A DNA stretch of 52,720 nt, from assembly GCF_004010195.1 (NCBI RefSeq), contig NC_057750.1, positions 7,061,696 through 7,114,415 on the forward strand, given 5' to 3'. Shown piece by piece: positions 13,445 through 26,099 of the stretch. The DNA is from Chiloscyllium plagiosum (taxonomy: Eukaryota). Positions within the stretch are counted from its first letter, which is position 1; each line of letters begins with the position of its first letter. The position numbers and the translations under genes were made by a program. The notes beneath the pieces are model-generated. The model had not been told where the DNA came from. It did not search any database and saw nothing but the letters and a program-made list of their open reading frames with translations.

Positions 13445-13608
13445 AGCCTCTCTCCCCACCCCCACCCTCCTTTCGCCTATCTCTCCACGCTTCAGGCTCT
13501 CTGCCTTTATTCCTGATGAAGGGCTTTTGCCCGAAACGTCGATTTCGCTGCTCCTCGGATGCTGCCTGAACTGCTGTGCTCTTCCAGCACCACTGATCCA
13601 GAATCCAG
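13445..13608 (+). mobile_element. Penelope-like terminal fragment with hammerhead-like motif
   Basis: CTGATGA-A-GGGCttttGCCC-GAAACGTC at 13513-13540; same family as 2016-2303. Confidence 0.7.
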
Positions 13609-13713
13609 CTTTTCAGCCCAGCCCTGTTCACGCTGACCAGGTTCCCTGGACTAAACTAGTCCCATTTGCCCGTGTTTGGTCCATATCCCCCCTCAACCTT
13701 CCCTATCCATCTA

Positions 13714-13947
13714 CAGTAGGACCTCGGTTATCCGGACCTCATCTCGAGGTTCTGTAAAAACACCATTAGGCAACTCCGCGTTCAATTATCGGTTAAACGG
13801 CATTATGGCGTGCATTGCCAGATAACTGAGAAACGTTTCAGGTGACCAGCGCTCCTAAATTACCGCTTATTTCCTATAATCTGAACGATCAGTTATCCGC
13901 ACTAAATGCTCCCTGCCCATCTCGTTCGGACAATGGGGGTTCTGCTC
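13714..13947. mobile_element. Tc1/mariner-pogo-type MITE (degenerate)
   Basis: TA flanks on both sides; imperfect TIRs cagtaggacctcggttatccg / cggacaatgggggttctgctc; internal ttatc(c)g repeats. Confidence 0.6.
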
Positions 13948-15741
13948 TAGTTGTCCATACGTGTTGTAGCTGTACCCGCATCTCTCGCTTCCTCTTAGCC
14001 GTTCATATGCTTCCATGTTACCGTCTCTACAGTGTGCCTTCTGCAGTTTGTTTCTATGGTCAGAGTACACGTCAGTTTTGCAATCAGCATCTTGGTTAGT
14101 TGTACCATTTGCCCTCTGCCCCAGTTCAAGGGGAGCTCACCCAAAAATCTCCATTTAATCAGGGACCCCATAAATGACACAGTTTTTAAAAGTTCATGGA
14201 GGGAGCACCTCTCAAATGTGGGCCTTTATCCCCTCCATTGCTGAAGGATAGGGGCAGCTGTTGGAGGGCTAAGTCATCAATTCCGAGCCACTCACCATCC
14301 TGATTTGGGAAACGTATCGCCGTGCCATCGGCATCGCTGGGTCAGAATCCTGGAATTCCCTCCCTAAGGGGACTGCAGTGAGTCAAGACGGCAGCTCACC
14401 CCCACCTTCTCAAGGGGTAATTAGGGACAAGACAATAAATGCTGGGCTCAGCCAGTGATGCCCACGTCCCATGAATGAAATTTAAAAAAAACAATAAAAT
14501 AAGTGCTTCTCAGATCCTAACAGTTCGGCCGACAGTGTGGCAGGATGTGGGATGTTCACTCCTCCTCAGCCTGCCCCACCCATGAACTGAACCAACTCTG
14601 GGGAGATTCCCCAATCCGAAGTTCAATTCCCCCATACCCTCCAGTGTTCTGGGTCGGACAGGGAGCCCAACCGGCTGTCCAGCCGCTTAATCAAAGGTGA
14701 ATGGTCAAGCACGTCCCTGGTCAGAGAGCTTCTCGATCTACTGCCCTACTTGCTCATTGAATCATAGAATCCCCACTGTCTGGAAAGAGGCCGTTCAGCC
14801 CATTGAGACTGCAACGACCCTCCGAAGAGCATCCCATCCAGACCCAGCTCCCCCCACCCCACCCTACTCTACCCTATTCCTGTAACCCTGCAACTCTCAT
14901 GGCTAACCCACCTAGCCTGCACGTCCCTGAACATTATGCAGTAATTTAGCATGGCCAATCCACCCTCACCTTTGGACTTTGGGAGGGCTATAGAGAAATG
15001 TGATGACACAGACTTGTGGAATGTCTCTCTGCCCTGTGCCCCAACTCCAAATGTCCACAAAACCCACTGGCAAGGTTTGGCTTTGTGCCAAGTAACCCAT
15101 CACCTGAAGCGTTTGGCGAATTCTGTTAGCTCAGTCCCACAGTGGCCCGTCGTGCACGGAGCATGACCACAGATTTGTGCACAGCAAGCTCCCACTGACC
15201 AGCACCATGACACCCAGGTGATTTGGTTTGGTGATGTCGGAGGAGGGTTAGATAGATCGGCCAGAACGTTACAAGATTGGAGGGTCAACAAGAGCAGCCT
15301 CTTCCTGCCATTATCGGAGTTGTCAATGTACCTCTCAAGTATCATGTTAGTCTCGCTCTCTATCATCTAAAGGCGTAACCTTGTATTCCTCACTCTCTCT
15401 TCTACCACCCTAGTGCGTTCTGCGCAGTGTGATCTGTCTGTAATCCGTGCAAAACGAAACTTTTCACTGTATCTAGGTACATGGGGCAATAATAGATCAG
15501 ATGAAATCCAGAGAAAACAGTAGCTGAGAGAGAGATCTTCTCTTTTTTGGTCCCCTAATTCAGGGGAGAAAGGGCATGTACTTGACCAGGAAAAAGGCTG
15601 TTTTGGCACAGGAGTAATATCTCCACCTCTGGCCCGTAAGTCCCAGGTTTAAGGCTGTTATAGATCGGACCAGACCCCCTCAAAAGATATGAAGAAGATA
15701 GCCGACACCCTGACACTTGCTTGTCCTAAAGATGAGTGTAA

Positions 15742-15957
15742 AAATCTTCGAGGAGAAAGTGAGGACTGCAGATGCTGGAGATCAGAGCTGAAAATGTGTT
15801 GCTGGAAAAGCGCAGCAGGTCAGGCAGCATCCAAGGAGCAGGAGAATCGACGTTTCGGGCATGAGCCCTTCAGGAATCTAATGCCCGAAACGTCGATTCT
15901 CCTGCTCCTTGGATGCTGCCTGACCTGCTGCGCTTTTCCAGCAACACATTTTCAGCT
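15742..15957. mobile_element. Penelope-like inverted fragment with 16-bp flanking duplication
   Basis: Perfect 77-bp inverted arms 15786-15862 / 15881-15957; ctaaagatgagtgtaa at 15726-15741 and 15956-15971. Confidence 0.75.
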
Positions 15958-16269
15958 AAAGATGAGTGTAAGGAGTTGCTGATGCAATTTGATTGGTCAG
16001 ACAGCCAGTCTTGAGGCAAAACACACTTTATTCATCCACTGTAGTTAAAATACAACAAAAGAGAGAAATAATTGGCCTTTGGTAACTCTGTTGGAAAATG
16101 TAACCGAATAATAGATTATTCAACTAAACAGTTACTGTTCCAATGTAGTAACATCCCATGAACACATCTTTTGGCAAGAGGCAGATTCAATAAAATGGAA
16201 TTGTCTCTCATGTAATTCTGGCAGCAGGAGGAGAAACATCAACATCGAAAATATCATTTGACTCCGTCT

Positions 16270-16605
16270 ACACTTCCTGTGGCCTCAGGAAAGCAGCCAA
16301 CATCATCAAAGACCCTCTTCCACCACCTTCTGTCCAGCAGAAGGTATAAAACTTTGAAAACATGTACCAACAGATTCAAGAACAGTTTCTTCCAAGCCGT
16401 TATCAGACTTATCCACGGACCTCTCAAATTTCAGATTTCACGTTGATCTGTCTCCTTGTGCACCTTCTCTGAAGCTGTAACATTGTACTCTTTGCTCTGT
16501 TCTGTCACCCTAATGCCCTTTGTATGGTATGATCTGTCTGTACTGCATGAAAACAAAACTTTTTTCCTGTACCTTGCTACATGGGACAATAATAGATCAA
16601 ATCAA
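16270..16605 (+). mobile_element. Rex1-like LINE 3' remnant
   Basis: RRYKTLKTCTNRFKNSFFQAVIRL resembles the C-terminus of the element at 7690-8499. Confidence 0.6.
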
Positions 16606-19600
16606 CTTGTGAAAATACAGAGAGAGAGAGTGTGAGGAGAAGGGAGAGATGTCCTGCAGCTTCCAAATCCAGCTTCAAGACCCTAGGAACAGCTGCTCCT
16701 GAAAAACAAAAGCTATAAACCCTCGTTCTGTGGGAGCTTGACCCCACCCATTCGGGCTGCTTCTATTGTTCCACTTTTTATATTAAAAATAAAACTCGAA
16801 GGCCTCGAAAGCTGTTTACTTTATCAGATCCAAATAGACAAAGTACCTCTGTCTGAAAGACCTCCCTTCCAAAAACAAAATGCCAGGGCAAAAAAAAACC
16901 ATAGTATTGTCACAAGCCCCCCCTTATTTGAACAGGGTTCATTTTAAGCTCCCTCTATATTTGGGCTGAAGCTGGTTAAACTTTCCACGTCCCGTTGTTA
17001 ATTCTTGCTGCATGCTGGCCATACAAACCCAAGAATGTGAATGAGCATCACGTGTCTCTCCCTTGCCTCAGACTGTTTGGACTCCAGGGAGTATGACCGA
17101 AATAGGGACCTGTTTTGGAGAGATACATAACTGGGTGTGGGGGCATTTTTGTTTTAGGGCTGGGGTTAGAAAGGAGCTGGGGCAGGGGGGAGCCAGAGTG
17201 TTTTGGGGATCTGGAACTCTCTCCCTGAGGCAGTATCTTTCAGTGTCGCTGGGTCAAAATCCTGGAATTCCCTCCCTCAGGGCATTGTGGGTCAACCCAC
17301 AGCACACGGACTGCAGCGGTTCAAGAAGGCAGCTCGCCCCCCCCCCCACCTACCTTCTCAAGGGGCAACTAGGGACAGGCAATAAATGCTGGGCCTAGCC
17401 AGTAACGCTCGCATCCCAGTGACAGTGAAGGAACGGCGATGTATTTCCAAGTTAGGATGGTGAATGGGGAGGGAACTTGCAGGGGGTGGTGTTCCCATGT
17501 ATCTGCTGCCCCTTGTCCTTCCTGATGGAAGTGGCTGTGGGTTTGGAAGGTGCTGCCTGAGGATCTTTGGTGAGTTGCTGCAGTGCGTCTTGTAGATGGT
17601 ACACACTGCTGCTACTGAGCGTCAGGGGGTGGAGGGAGTGGATGTTTGTGGATGTGGTGCCAATCGACCGGGGGCTGCTTTATCCCTGGATGGTGTTGAG
17701 CTTCTTGAGTGTTGTTGGAGCTGCCCCCATCCAGGGGCAAGTGGGGAGTATTCCGTCACCCTCCTGACTTGTGCCTTGTAGATGATGGGACAGGCTTTGG
17801 GAAATTAGGAGGTGAGCTACTCGCTGCAGTATCCCCAGCCTCTGACCTGCTCTTGCAGCTGCTGTGTTTATGTGGCTGTTTCTTGAGGCGCTTGATGTAA
17901 TTTGGTACTTTTTGGGGTTGAGTGGGGTATGCTGAGAACAAAGACGCAAACGCACTCTAATACGAGCAGTTTCAATCCTGCTGAGAGCAGTCCGGTTTCT
18001 GTCTGACCTCCTTATCGTGATGCAGATAGGTGTCCGTGCGTGTCTGTGAATCGATGATTCGTATTTACGTTTTCGATAGAATTGCAAGATAAACCTCTTC
18101 CTCTCGGATCTTGTCGACGTTATGGTAGCTGCCCACTTCCTATCGTGAGAGTTAGTGTGTCAGAATCAGCTCCACACCAGGCCCAGAGCCTGAGAACTAA
18201 TCAGGAGGCTGAATCGATGGTGTCTTCCACCACTGACCACACACAACTTTACACTTGTCTCTCTCTGTCTCTCTCTGTCTCTCNNNNNNNNNNNNNNNNN
18301 NNNNNNNNNNNNNNNNNNNNNNNNNNNNNNNNNNNNNNNNNNNNNNNNNNNNNNNNNNNNNNNNNNNNNNNNNNNNNNNNNNNNNNNNNNNNNNNNNNNN
18401 NNNNNNNNNNNNNNNNNNNNNNNNNNNNNNNNNNNNNNNNNNNNNNNNNNNNNNNNNNNNNNNNNNNNNNNNNNNNNNNNNNNNNNNNNNNNNNNNNNNN
18501 NNNNNNNNNNNNNNNNNNNNNNNNNNNNNNNNNNNNNNNNNNNNNNNNNNNNNNNNNNNNNNNNNNNNNNNNNNNNNNNNNNNNNNNNNNNNNNNNNNNN
18601 NNNNNNNNNNNNNNNNNNNNNNNNNNNNNNNNNNNNNNNNNNNNNNNNNNNNNNNNNNNNNNNNNNNNNNNNNNNNNNNNNNNNNNNNNNNNNNNNNNNN
18701 NNNNNNNNNNNNNNNNNNNNNNNNNNNNNNNNNNNNNNNNNNNNNNNNNNNNNNNNNNNNNNNNNNNNNNNNNNNNNNNNNNNGGGCAGGCAGGCAGGAT
18801 GTATTCCCACGCTGGGTCCAGGATCTCCGTGTCCTGTCATGTCCACCTCACTAAACCGTGGAACACCATCCCAAACGGTGAAGTTATTCTGCCCCTCAGT
18901 CTACTCCCATGGATATCTCCCTCCCTCCTGGTCTGCCCCCCTCACCCCACGTCTCTGTGCCCCCTCCCTGCCCCTTGTCTGTGTCCTCCTTGCCCCCCCC
19001 CAGCCTCTGCAGTCCCTCCCCCAACCCCCTCACGGTGATTACGGTTATTCACCCAGTTGGAGATTGATGGCTGCAGATCTCTTGGTACGTGAGTCAGAGT
19101 GACAGAGAGAGAGAGCAGGGGGAGTTGGGTTAATTCCAGGGCTCTTCCCAACAACCAGCACAGGCATGATGGGTGAGCGGCCTCCCGGGTGTCTGCGGTG
19201 CTCCCTGAGCCCGGCTTGCTGTCCCTGGTACCCCTGACCCTAGCCACGTGACTTCAGCCCCACTTAGTGTGGAAAGTGGCTGCTTGCCCAGAGCTGAGCT
19301 TGGGATGGGGTCAATGCTCGAGTGATCTCCTTCTCCTGGTGTGTGTGTGTGTCTTTGTGATTGTCTCCGTGGACGCCGCCCTGGTCACCTCACTCCCCCC
19401 ACCCCAGTGTTATCCCCTCTGTTGAGTGTCCATTATCCCACTTTTTTTTTAGTCTGCGAATGTGCTCATTATGAAAGCATCATTTGATCAGAGTGTTGGG
19501 TGCAATGAAATAAGCTGAAGCTATTGGACGAGATCCAAATTCCCCCACCCCGCGAATTGGGTATTTCCTGGTTACAGTCACCAACAGCTGACCTCATATT

Positions 19601-21757
19601 TCACCTGAATTCTCAACGTCCCCTTGTTCTGCCCCTCCCTGGCCAGTGGGAATATTTCACCTGGAGCTGCTCTTTGGAGTGAATGCCTCATCGAACAGAC
19701 TACTCCACCCATCGGTGCTCTGGCAGCTCCCTGCAGACTGAATCCAGTCAGTGTCATTGCCCTGTTGTGCCCCCCCCCCCCCTCTGTGTGGTAGAAACGT
19801 GTTGAGCCCATTTTGTTCTTTAAACTAGCCTGTTGCACAGATTTCATCACCCACCTTATGGGCGAGGTGGGACTAGATTGGGTTGGGATATCTGGTCGGC
19901 ATGGACGGGTTGGACCGAAGGGTCTGTTTCAGTGCTGTACATCTGTATGACTGCTGACCCAGAGATAGGGGCACTGCCGCCAGGCTTCCCAATCTTCATT
20001 GGCAAACGTTTTCCGAATTGCCCCCGTGGTGTATCTCTGGGGCAGATGGTACACGAACCCTGGCCTCCTGCCCCAGAGGCAAGGACGCTACCACTGTGCT
20101 AGAAGAGCTCTTTCCTTTAAGTCCAGGCGCCTGATTGGTTGACACTGAGTGGAAGATTGCCTTTATTGTGTCATAACAAAATAAGACTTTTGTCTTCAGT
20201 TTATTGCATGGAAGTAACTAGATTGTTAGACCTTGTTGTTAATCCCGCAAGGATATCTGTAGCTACATGGTCATGTCTGCTCTGCAGCCAATGCAAGTTA
20301 CCAGATTGGGCAGAGCTTGACATTATGTCTCCAGACATTAACTCTTTCAGAAGCATTACTTTTTCCAATATTAGATCATCCCTTAACCTTCTGAAGTCTG
20401 GAGAATAAGTGGTAAGTTATCTAATGTCTCTGATAATGTAGCCCCTGAACTCCAGGTATATCCTATGTAAACCTGCATTGAACTCTCTCTCCTGGGTCAA
20501 CAAATCTTTCCAAAGTTCTCGTTCTCGGCTCTTCTCGCAGTGTCGAAGTGAGGTCTAGACGGTGAATTCCCATTGTTCTCAATCGATGGTTTTAAAATTC
20601 TTCCTTCTATTCCTCCCCCACTCCCTTGTATCGCTTGTCCAAACTCTCAAATCTCTCTCTGACCTATACAGTCTGTCCTATTCGTCTTTTCTCATTTAAG
20701 TTCAAAATGAAAAAGAACAGTTTTTAAAAAGTAAGACTGGCTCGAAAGCATACAATTTGCTGCTCATGGTGGGCACGTTCGAGCTAGGAGCAAAGTAGGC
20801 CACTCAGCCCCTCCAGCCTGTTCCAACGTTTGTGCAGCTGTAGGTTACAGCAATATTTGCCGACGTACTGGAACTAAAGGAGTTGTGCGCATATTGAAGC
20901 TTTGATTAGCAATAAGGGTCTATGGACTAATGACCGGTTATCGATGACAAAGGCCATCTGCCTGCCATGTGATTGGTTCTCTAGCATCAAAGGAACAGGG
21001 GAGTCGACATTTCAGTTCGATTTCCCCTTGCTCCTCTGATGCTGCCTGACCTGCTGTGCTTTTTCCAACTCCACGCTTTATCGCCTCTGATCCTCTAGCG
21101 TCGGCAGTCCTCACTATCTCCAAGTTCTGTGGTAATTGAATACTTTGGGGCTGGGAACAAAAAGCAGAATTTCAGTGTGGTTTTGTGTGACACAGGAATG
21201 GTGAGGTGTTTTTTTTTTGGATAAAGTAAAGAGAAAGGTAGATAAAGGAAAACTGTAGATGCCATGTATTTAGATTTCCAAAAGACAGAATTGATAAAAT
21301 GTTGCATAAAAGCTTAATACATAAAGTAAGAGGTCACAGTGTTGGGATAATATTGGATTGGTTAGAATTGAAACAAAGGAGGGATAACTGGGTCACTTTT
21401 GAGGTTCAGTAGGGGGGAGCCAGAGGAGTTTGACCGGGCCCCTCGGGTGGATCAATGACTTGGATGAAAAGTGGGGGAACTTTAAAATCCTGAAGGTACA
21501 AAACTAAGCAGGAAAGTGAGTTGCCAAGAGGGTCTCAGCATCAGTAACAAGGGACATCATTTTAAAGTGAAAGGCAGGAGGTTTAGTGGGCATTTGAGGA
21601 AGAACTTGGAAGGTGGGTGGGGCATCTGGAATGCCCTGCGTGGGGGAGTAGTTGAGAAGGGAAACTTACCAGCGTCTAAAAGGTACAGCAAACTTCACTT
21701 TAACTGGCCCCTTAATCAACTGGCAAAAATTTATATGCTTCCAATACTGGGATGTCA

Positions 21758-22075
21758 GTGGCACGGTGGCTCAGTGGTTAGCGCTGCTGCCTCACAGCTC
21801 CAGGGACCCGGGTTCGATTCCAGCCTCGGGCGACTGTGTGGAGTTTGCACATTCTCCCTGTGTCTGCGTGGGTTTCCTCCCACAGTCCAAAGGTGTACAG
21901 GTCAGGGTGAATTGGCCATGGGAAATTGCCTCTAGTGTTCAGGGATGTGTAGGTTAGGTGCATTAGTTCGTGTAAATATTAGGGTAGGGGAATAGGTTTG
22001 GGTGGGTTACTCTTCAGAGGGTCGGTGTGGGCTTGTTGGGCTGAAGGGCCAGTTTCCACACTGGAGGGATTCTAA
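21758..22075 (+). mobile_element. HE1-type V-SINE
   Basis: tRNA head, V-domain and tail. Confidence 0.85.
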
Positions 22076-22614
22076 GATCTATTAATGCTGTAAATAAAGT
22101 ATATCAGTGATGTGCATCCCCCCTGAATTACATTTCTGTTACTCAGTGTGTTTTTTGACATTGATGTTCGGAGGTGTGTTGATGTTTTTTATATATTTTG
22201 GAGGGATGTTAATGTCTCGAAGCTTTGCTCTACTGCCTCCCTATCGATTTTTATCCAGAATATTTGATCCTGTTCCCACAGATCTGGTTAATAAACGTTT
22301 GCTGTATTTGGATGAGCTCTTGAAATGCTCAAGGCTGTGGCCTAGTGTGGGAAAGTGGGACTCATGAGTTGGTAATATCTTTCGAGCAGTACAGACTCAA
22401 TGGGCCGAATGTCCTGTTGTGTACTGTATGATTCTCCGATGGTTTCGAACAGGTTGGCCTCCAGCCCACAAGCTCCCTCTATTCGTGCAGCAAGCCACTT
22501 ATAAGCTAATTTCTTGCTGCTTCAGTTTCTGAGAGGTTTTTATTGATAATGCAGAGACTTATTTATTGTTTAATGTGACTCAGACACCCTGTGTCTTTTA
22601 CAAACCGCAGGCAG

Positions 22615-23500
22615 CATCCAAAGAACAAAGAAAATTTACAGCCCTGGAACAGGCCCTTCGGCCCTCCAAACCTGTGCTGATCCAAATCCACTGTCTAAAC
22701 CTATTGCCCAATTCCTAAGCATCTGTATCCCTCTGCTCCCCACCTACTCATGCATCTGTTCAGACACATCTTAAATGAATCTACCGTGCCTGCCTCTGCT
22801 GGCAATGTGTTCCAGACACCTACCACCCTCTGTGTGAAGTACTTGCCGTGTGTATTCCCCTTAAACTTTTCACCTCTCATCTTGAAAGTGTGACCCCTCG
22901 TTACTGAATCCTTCACCCTGGGGAAAAAGCTTATCTCTATCCACCCTGTCTATACCCTTCATGATTTTGTAGACCTCAATCAGGTCCCCCCCCCAATCTC
23001 CTTTTTCTAATGAAAACAAACCTAACCAACTCAACCTCTCTTCATAGCTAGGAGGTTCACTCAGTTGATCCTGGGGATGCAGGGACTGTCTTATGAAGAG
23101 AGGTTGAGTCTATTTGGGCCTGTACTTGTTGGAGTTTAGAATGAGAGGCGACCTTATTGAAGTGTACAAGATTCTGAGGGGGTTTGACAGGGGGGAGATG
23201 TGGGGAGGGTGTTTCCCCTCGTGTGGGAGACTCTAGGCCTAGAGGGGCACCATCTCAGAGTAAGGGGCCATCCATTGAAGACCGGGATGGGGAGGAATTT
23301 CTTCTGAGGGGGAGTCAATCTGTGCAGCTCTTTGCTGCAGAGGGCTGTCGAGCCCGGGGTATTAAGAATATTCCAGGCTGAGACCGAGGAGACTTTTAAT
23401 CAGGAAGGGAGATTGAGGAAAAGGCAGGAAAGTAGAGTTAAGGATTATCAGATCATCAGTGATCTCGTTGAATGGCCTACTTTTGCTCCTACGACTAACG
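22615..23500. mobile_element. Two abutting CR1 LINE 3' fragments (22615-23048 on -, about 23050-23500 on +)
   Basis: TRGH.FK.RG..F...FTQRVVGVWN.LP motif on -; RG.LIEVYKIL.G motif on +. Confidence 0.7.
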
Positions 23501-24324
23501 GTTTTAAAAGGTTTTTGGCTAAGCTCTGGGGTTAGAGTATGGGAAAGCGGCCAAGAGTGTACCGGAATATTCCGGCTGAGGGGCGTGAATTTACGATTCA
23601 GCAGCAGCAGGCCATAGTTGGCATGAGGGGGTTGGGGGGGGGGGGAACGACGCAGGGTTGGTGTTAGACAGACAAAGTAAGGAACTGGCAAGAGCTGGAC
23701 TTGACGGTGCTGCAGATGGAAGGTCAGGAGATCACAACAGAGTCAAAAATAACACCCAAGGGCTGCTTATGACTGGAACTATTGGGGTCAGGATCTGAAC
23801 CTTTTTATTTACTGAAGCAGACAAACATTAAAAGTCAATTCGCTTTTTAAAAAGAAAATGTGGAAAATCAAATGTTTTTTTAAGCTACATTTTAAAATAA
23901 ATTCTTCATTAATAGGATACTGGCTTTGGCTGGGCCCAGTATTTATTGCCTGTCTCTAATTGCCCCTCAAGGTGGGGGCAAGCCGCCATCTTGAACCGCT
24001 GCAGTGCCCCTGCTGTGGGTTTACCCACGATTCCATGTGTGTTTTCAGATGACCTCTTTATCTTCTGGAATCTTCTTCCAATTCCTCCCCAGCTGAGGGA
24101 AGGCAAGTTCCCGTTGGCTGGAAGGGTTCTCAGTGAGTTACGTGGAAGGTGTCGTGGTCTGTGTGTCAGTGTAAATGATCCACAATTAACGTGATGGTAG
24201 TTAGAGGCGGATGGGGGGAATGAGAAAGTGGCTCTCTTAAGGGAACAGTTCTCGATTTAACCCTGTGCTGTCCCTGTCCTGGGAGTGTTTGATGGGGGAC
24301 AGTGTAGAGAGAGCTTTACTCTGT

Positions 24325-24631
24325 ATTAGATTAGATTACATTACAGTGTAGAAACAGGCCCTTCGGCCCAACAAGTCCACACCGACCCGCCGAAGCACAA
24401 CCCACCCATACCCCTACATTTACCCCTTACCTAACAATTTAGCGCAGCCAATCCACCCTAACCTGCACATCTTTGGACTGTGGGAGGAAACCGGAGCACC
24501 CGGAGGAAACCCACGCAGACACGGGGAGAACGTGCAAACTCCACACAGACAGTCGCCCGAGGCTGGAATCGGACCCAGGTCTCTGGCGCTGTGAGGCAGC
24601 AGTGCTAACCACTGTGCCACCGTGCCGCCCA
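24325..24631 (-). mobile_element. Full-length HE1-type V-SINE between two ~67-bp repeat units
   Basis: gggcggcacggtggcacagtggttagc head on -, (aatct)n tail. Confidence 0.88.
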
Positions 24632-25500
24632 CAAAACCTGTGTATCTAACCCTGTGCTGTCCCTGTCCTGGGAGTGTTTGATGGGGACAGTGTAGAGGGA
24701 GCTTTACTGTCAGTTTGGAAGGAGTAGAGAGAGCTGAACTCTAATACAGTCCAGTATCTCTGCTCCAAGTGTGTTGACCGATGTTACTAGATTCCTCCAA
24801 TCGAACATGCTGATCAGTGTACATGGCTGGGGGCACTTAGCAGCATTCCGGAAATTGCATTTCCCATGCCATCCTGTCTGGCCAGCTCTTGGTCTTGCAG
24901 ATCTGTCTGATATTTTCCCAGTTTGCCACAGTCCACCCCCTCCTTCTGAAGGATTTGCAAAGTCAATTTCTAGTGCCTCACCACCCTCGGTCTTTTATTT
25001 TTTCCGGGGTGGATCTCAAAGTTCCCAGGCTGGAGATGTTGTCCTCTGTTTCAGTTTGATCCCTTCCCGTCCGTCCTGCATCTGCTGGGGTGTGTTGGGT
25101 AGTCGTGGTGAAGTGCAGAGTATTCCCTCTGGGAGTGGGGGCGGGGGGCGGTCCTGATCTCTCAGGACAGTCAACAAAGCTCTCCATCAAAGTCTTTGTT
25201 CATGCTACAGAAATTGCTGTCAAGCTCTGGCACGGTCTGAATCGTACAGACGCCTGCTCAGCCGTTCGGTGACCGGGATCGTACAAACAAAAAGGACAGT
25301 GCAAAGCTTCAGTCGGCAATCCGGCAACGTGAGGCATCGCAGTCTGGGATGCGTCACCTGAAGGGGCTAGCGGGAAGTGGATTGAATTGAAAGTTTCCGA
25401 AAGGGAGTTGGGTAAAGGCTTGGGAAAGAGGAATTTGCAGTGTTCTGGGATTGAACTCTCTCAGCGTTTTCAAAGATCCAGCATAGGTGTGACAGACTAC

Positions 25501-25765
25501 GCGGCACAGTGGCTCAGTGGTTGGCACTGCTGCCTCACAGTGCCAGGGACCTAGGTTCGATTCCACACTCGGGTGAATGTCTGTGTGGGTTTCCTCCAGG
25601 TGCTCCGGTTTCCTCCCACAGCCCAAAGATGGGCAGGTTAGGGTGGATTGGCCATGGGAGATGTTGGGTTACAGGGACATGGTGGGTCTGGGTGGGATGC
25701 TGTTCAGAGGGTTGGTGTTGTATTGATGGGCTGAATGGCCTGCTTCCACACTGTAGGGATTCTAT
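25501..25765 (+). mobile_element. HE1-type V-SINE (internally deleted)
   Basis: tRNA head and partial V-domain. Confidence 0.8.
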
Positions 25766-26099
25766 GAACTGATGATGAAATGGCATTCCACCTCCTAGTG
25801 TTCTGTAAAGATAAATTAGTAGGCTTTTGTGTCTGTTCCTCTTCATTTGTGTTTGATTTGAAACATTTTATAACTAGCGAAAAAAAAGGAGTGAATGCAT
25901 AGACTGGGTTTGTTTCCCCTGAGGAGGTGGTTGGTTGGGGGGTGGGAGGGAGGAGTTGGATTGAGGTGCCCAAAATTGAGGGATTAGGTAGATTGGGGTT
26001 TGTTGGTCAGCATGGACATGGTGGGCCAAAGGGCCTGTTTCTGTGTGGTGTGACTCTGACAGCGCAGCAAACCGGAGGGACTACAGAGGTAAAAACTAT

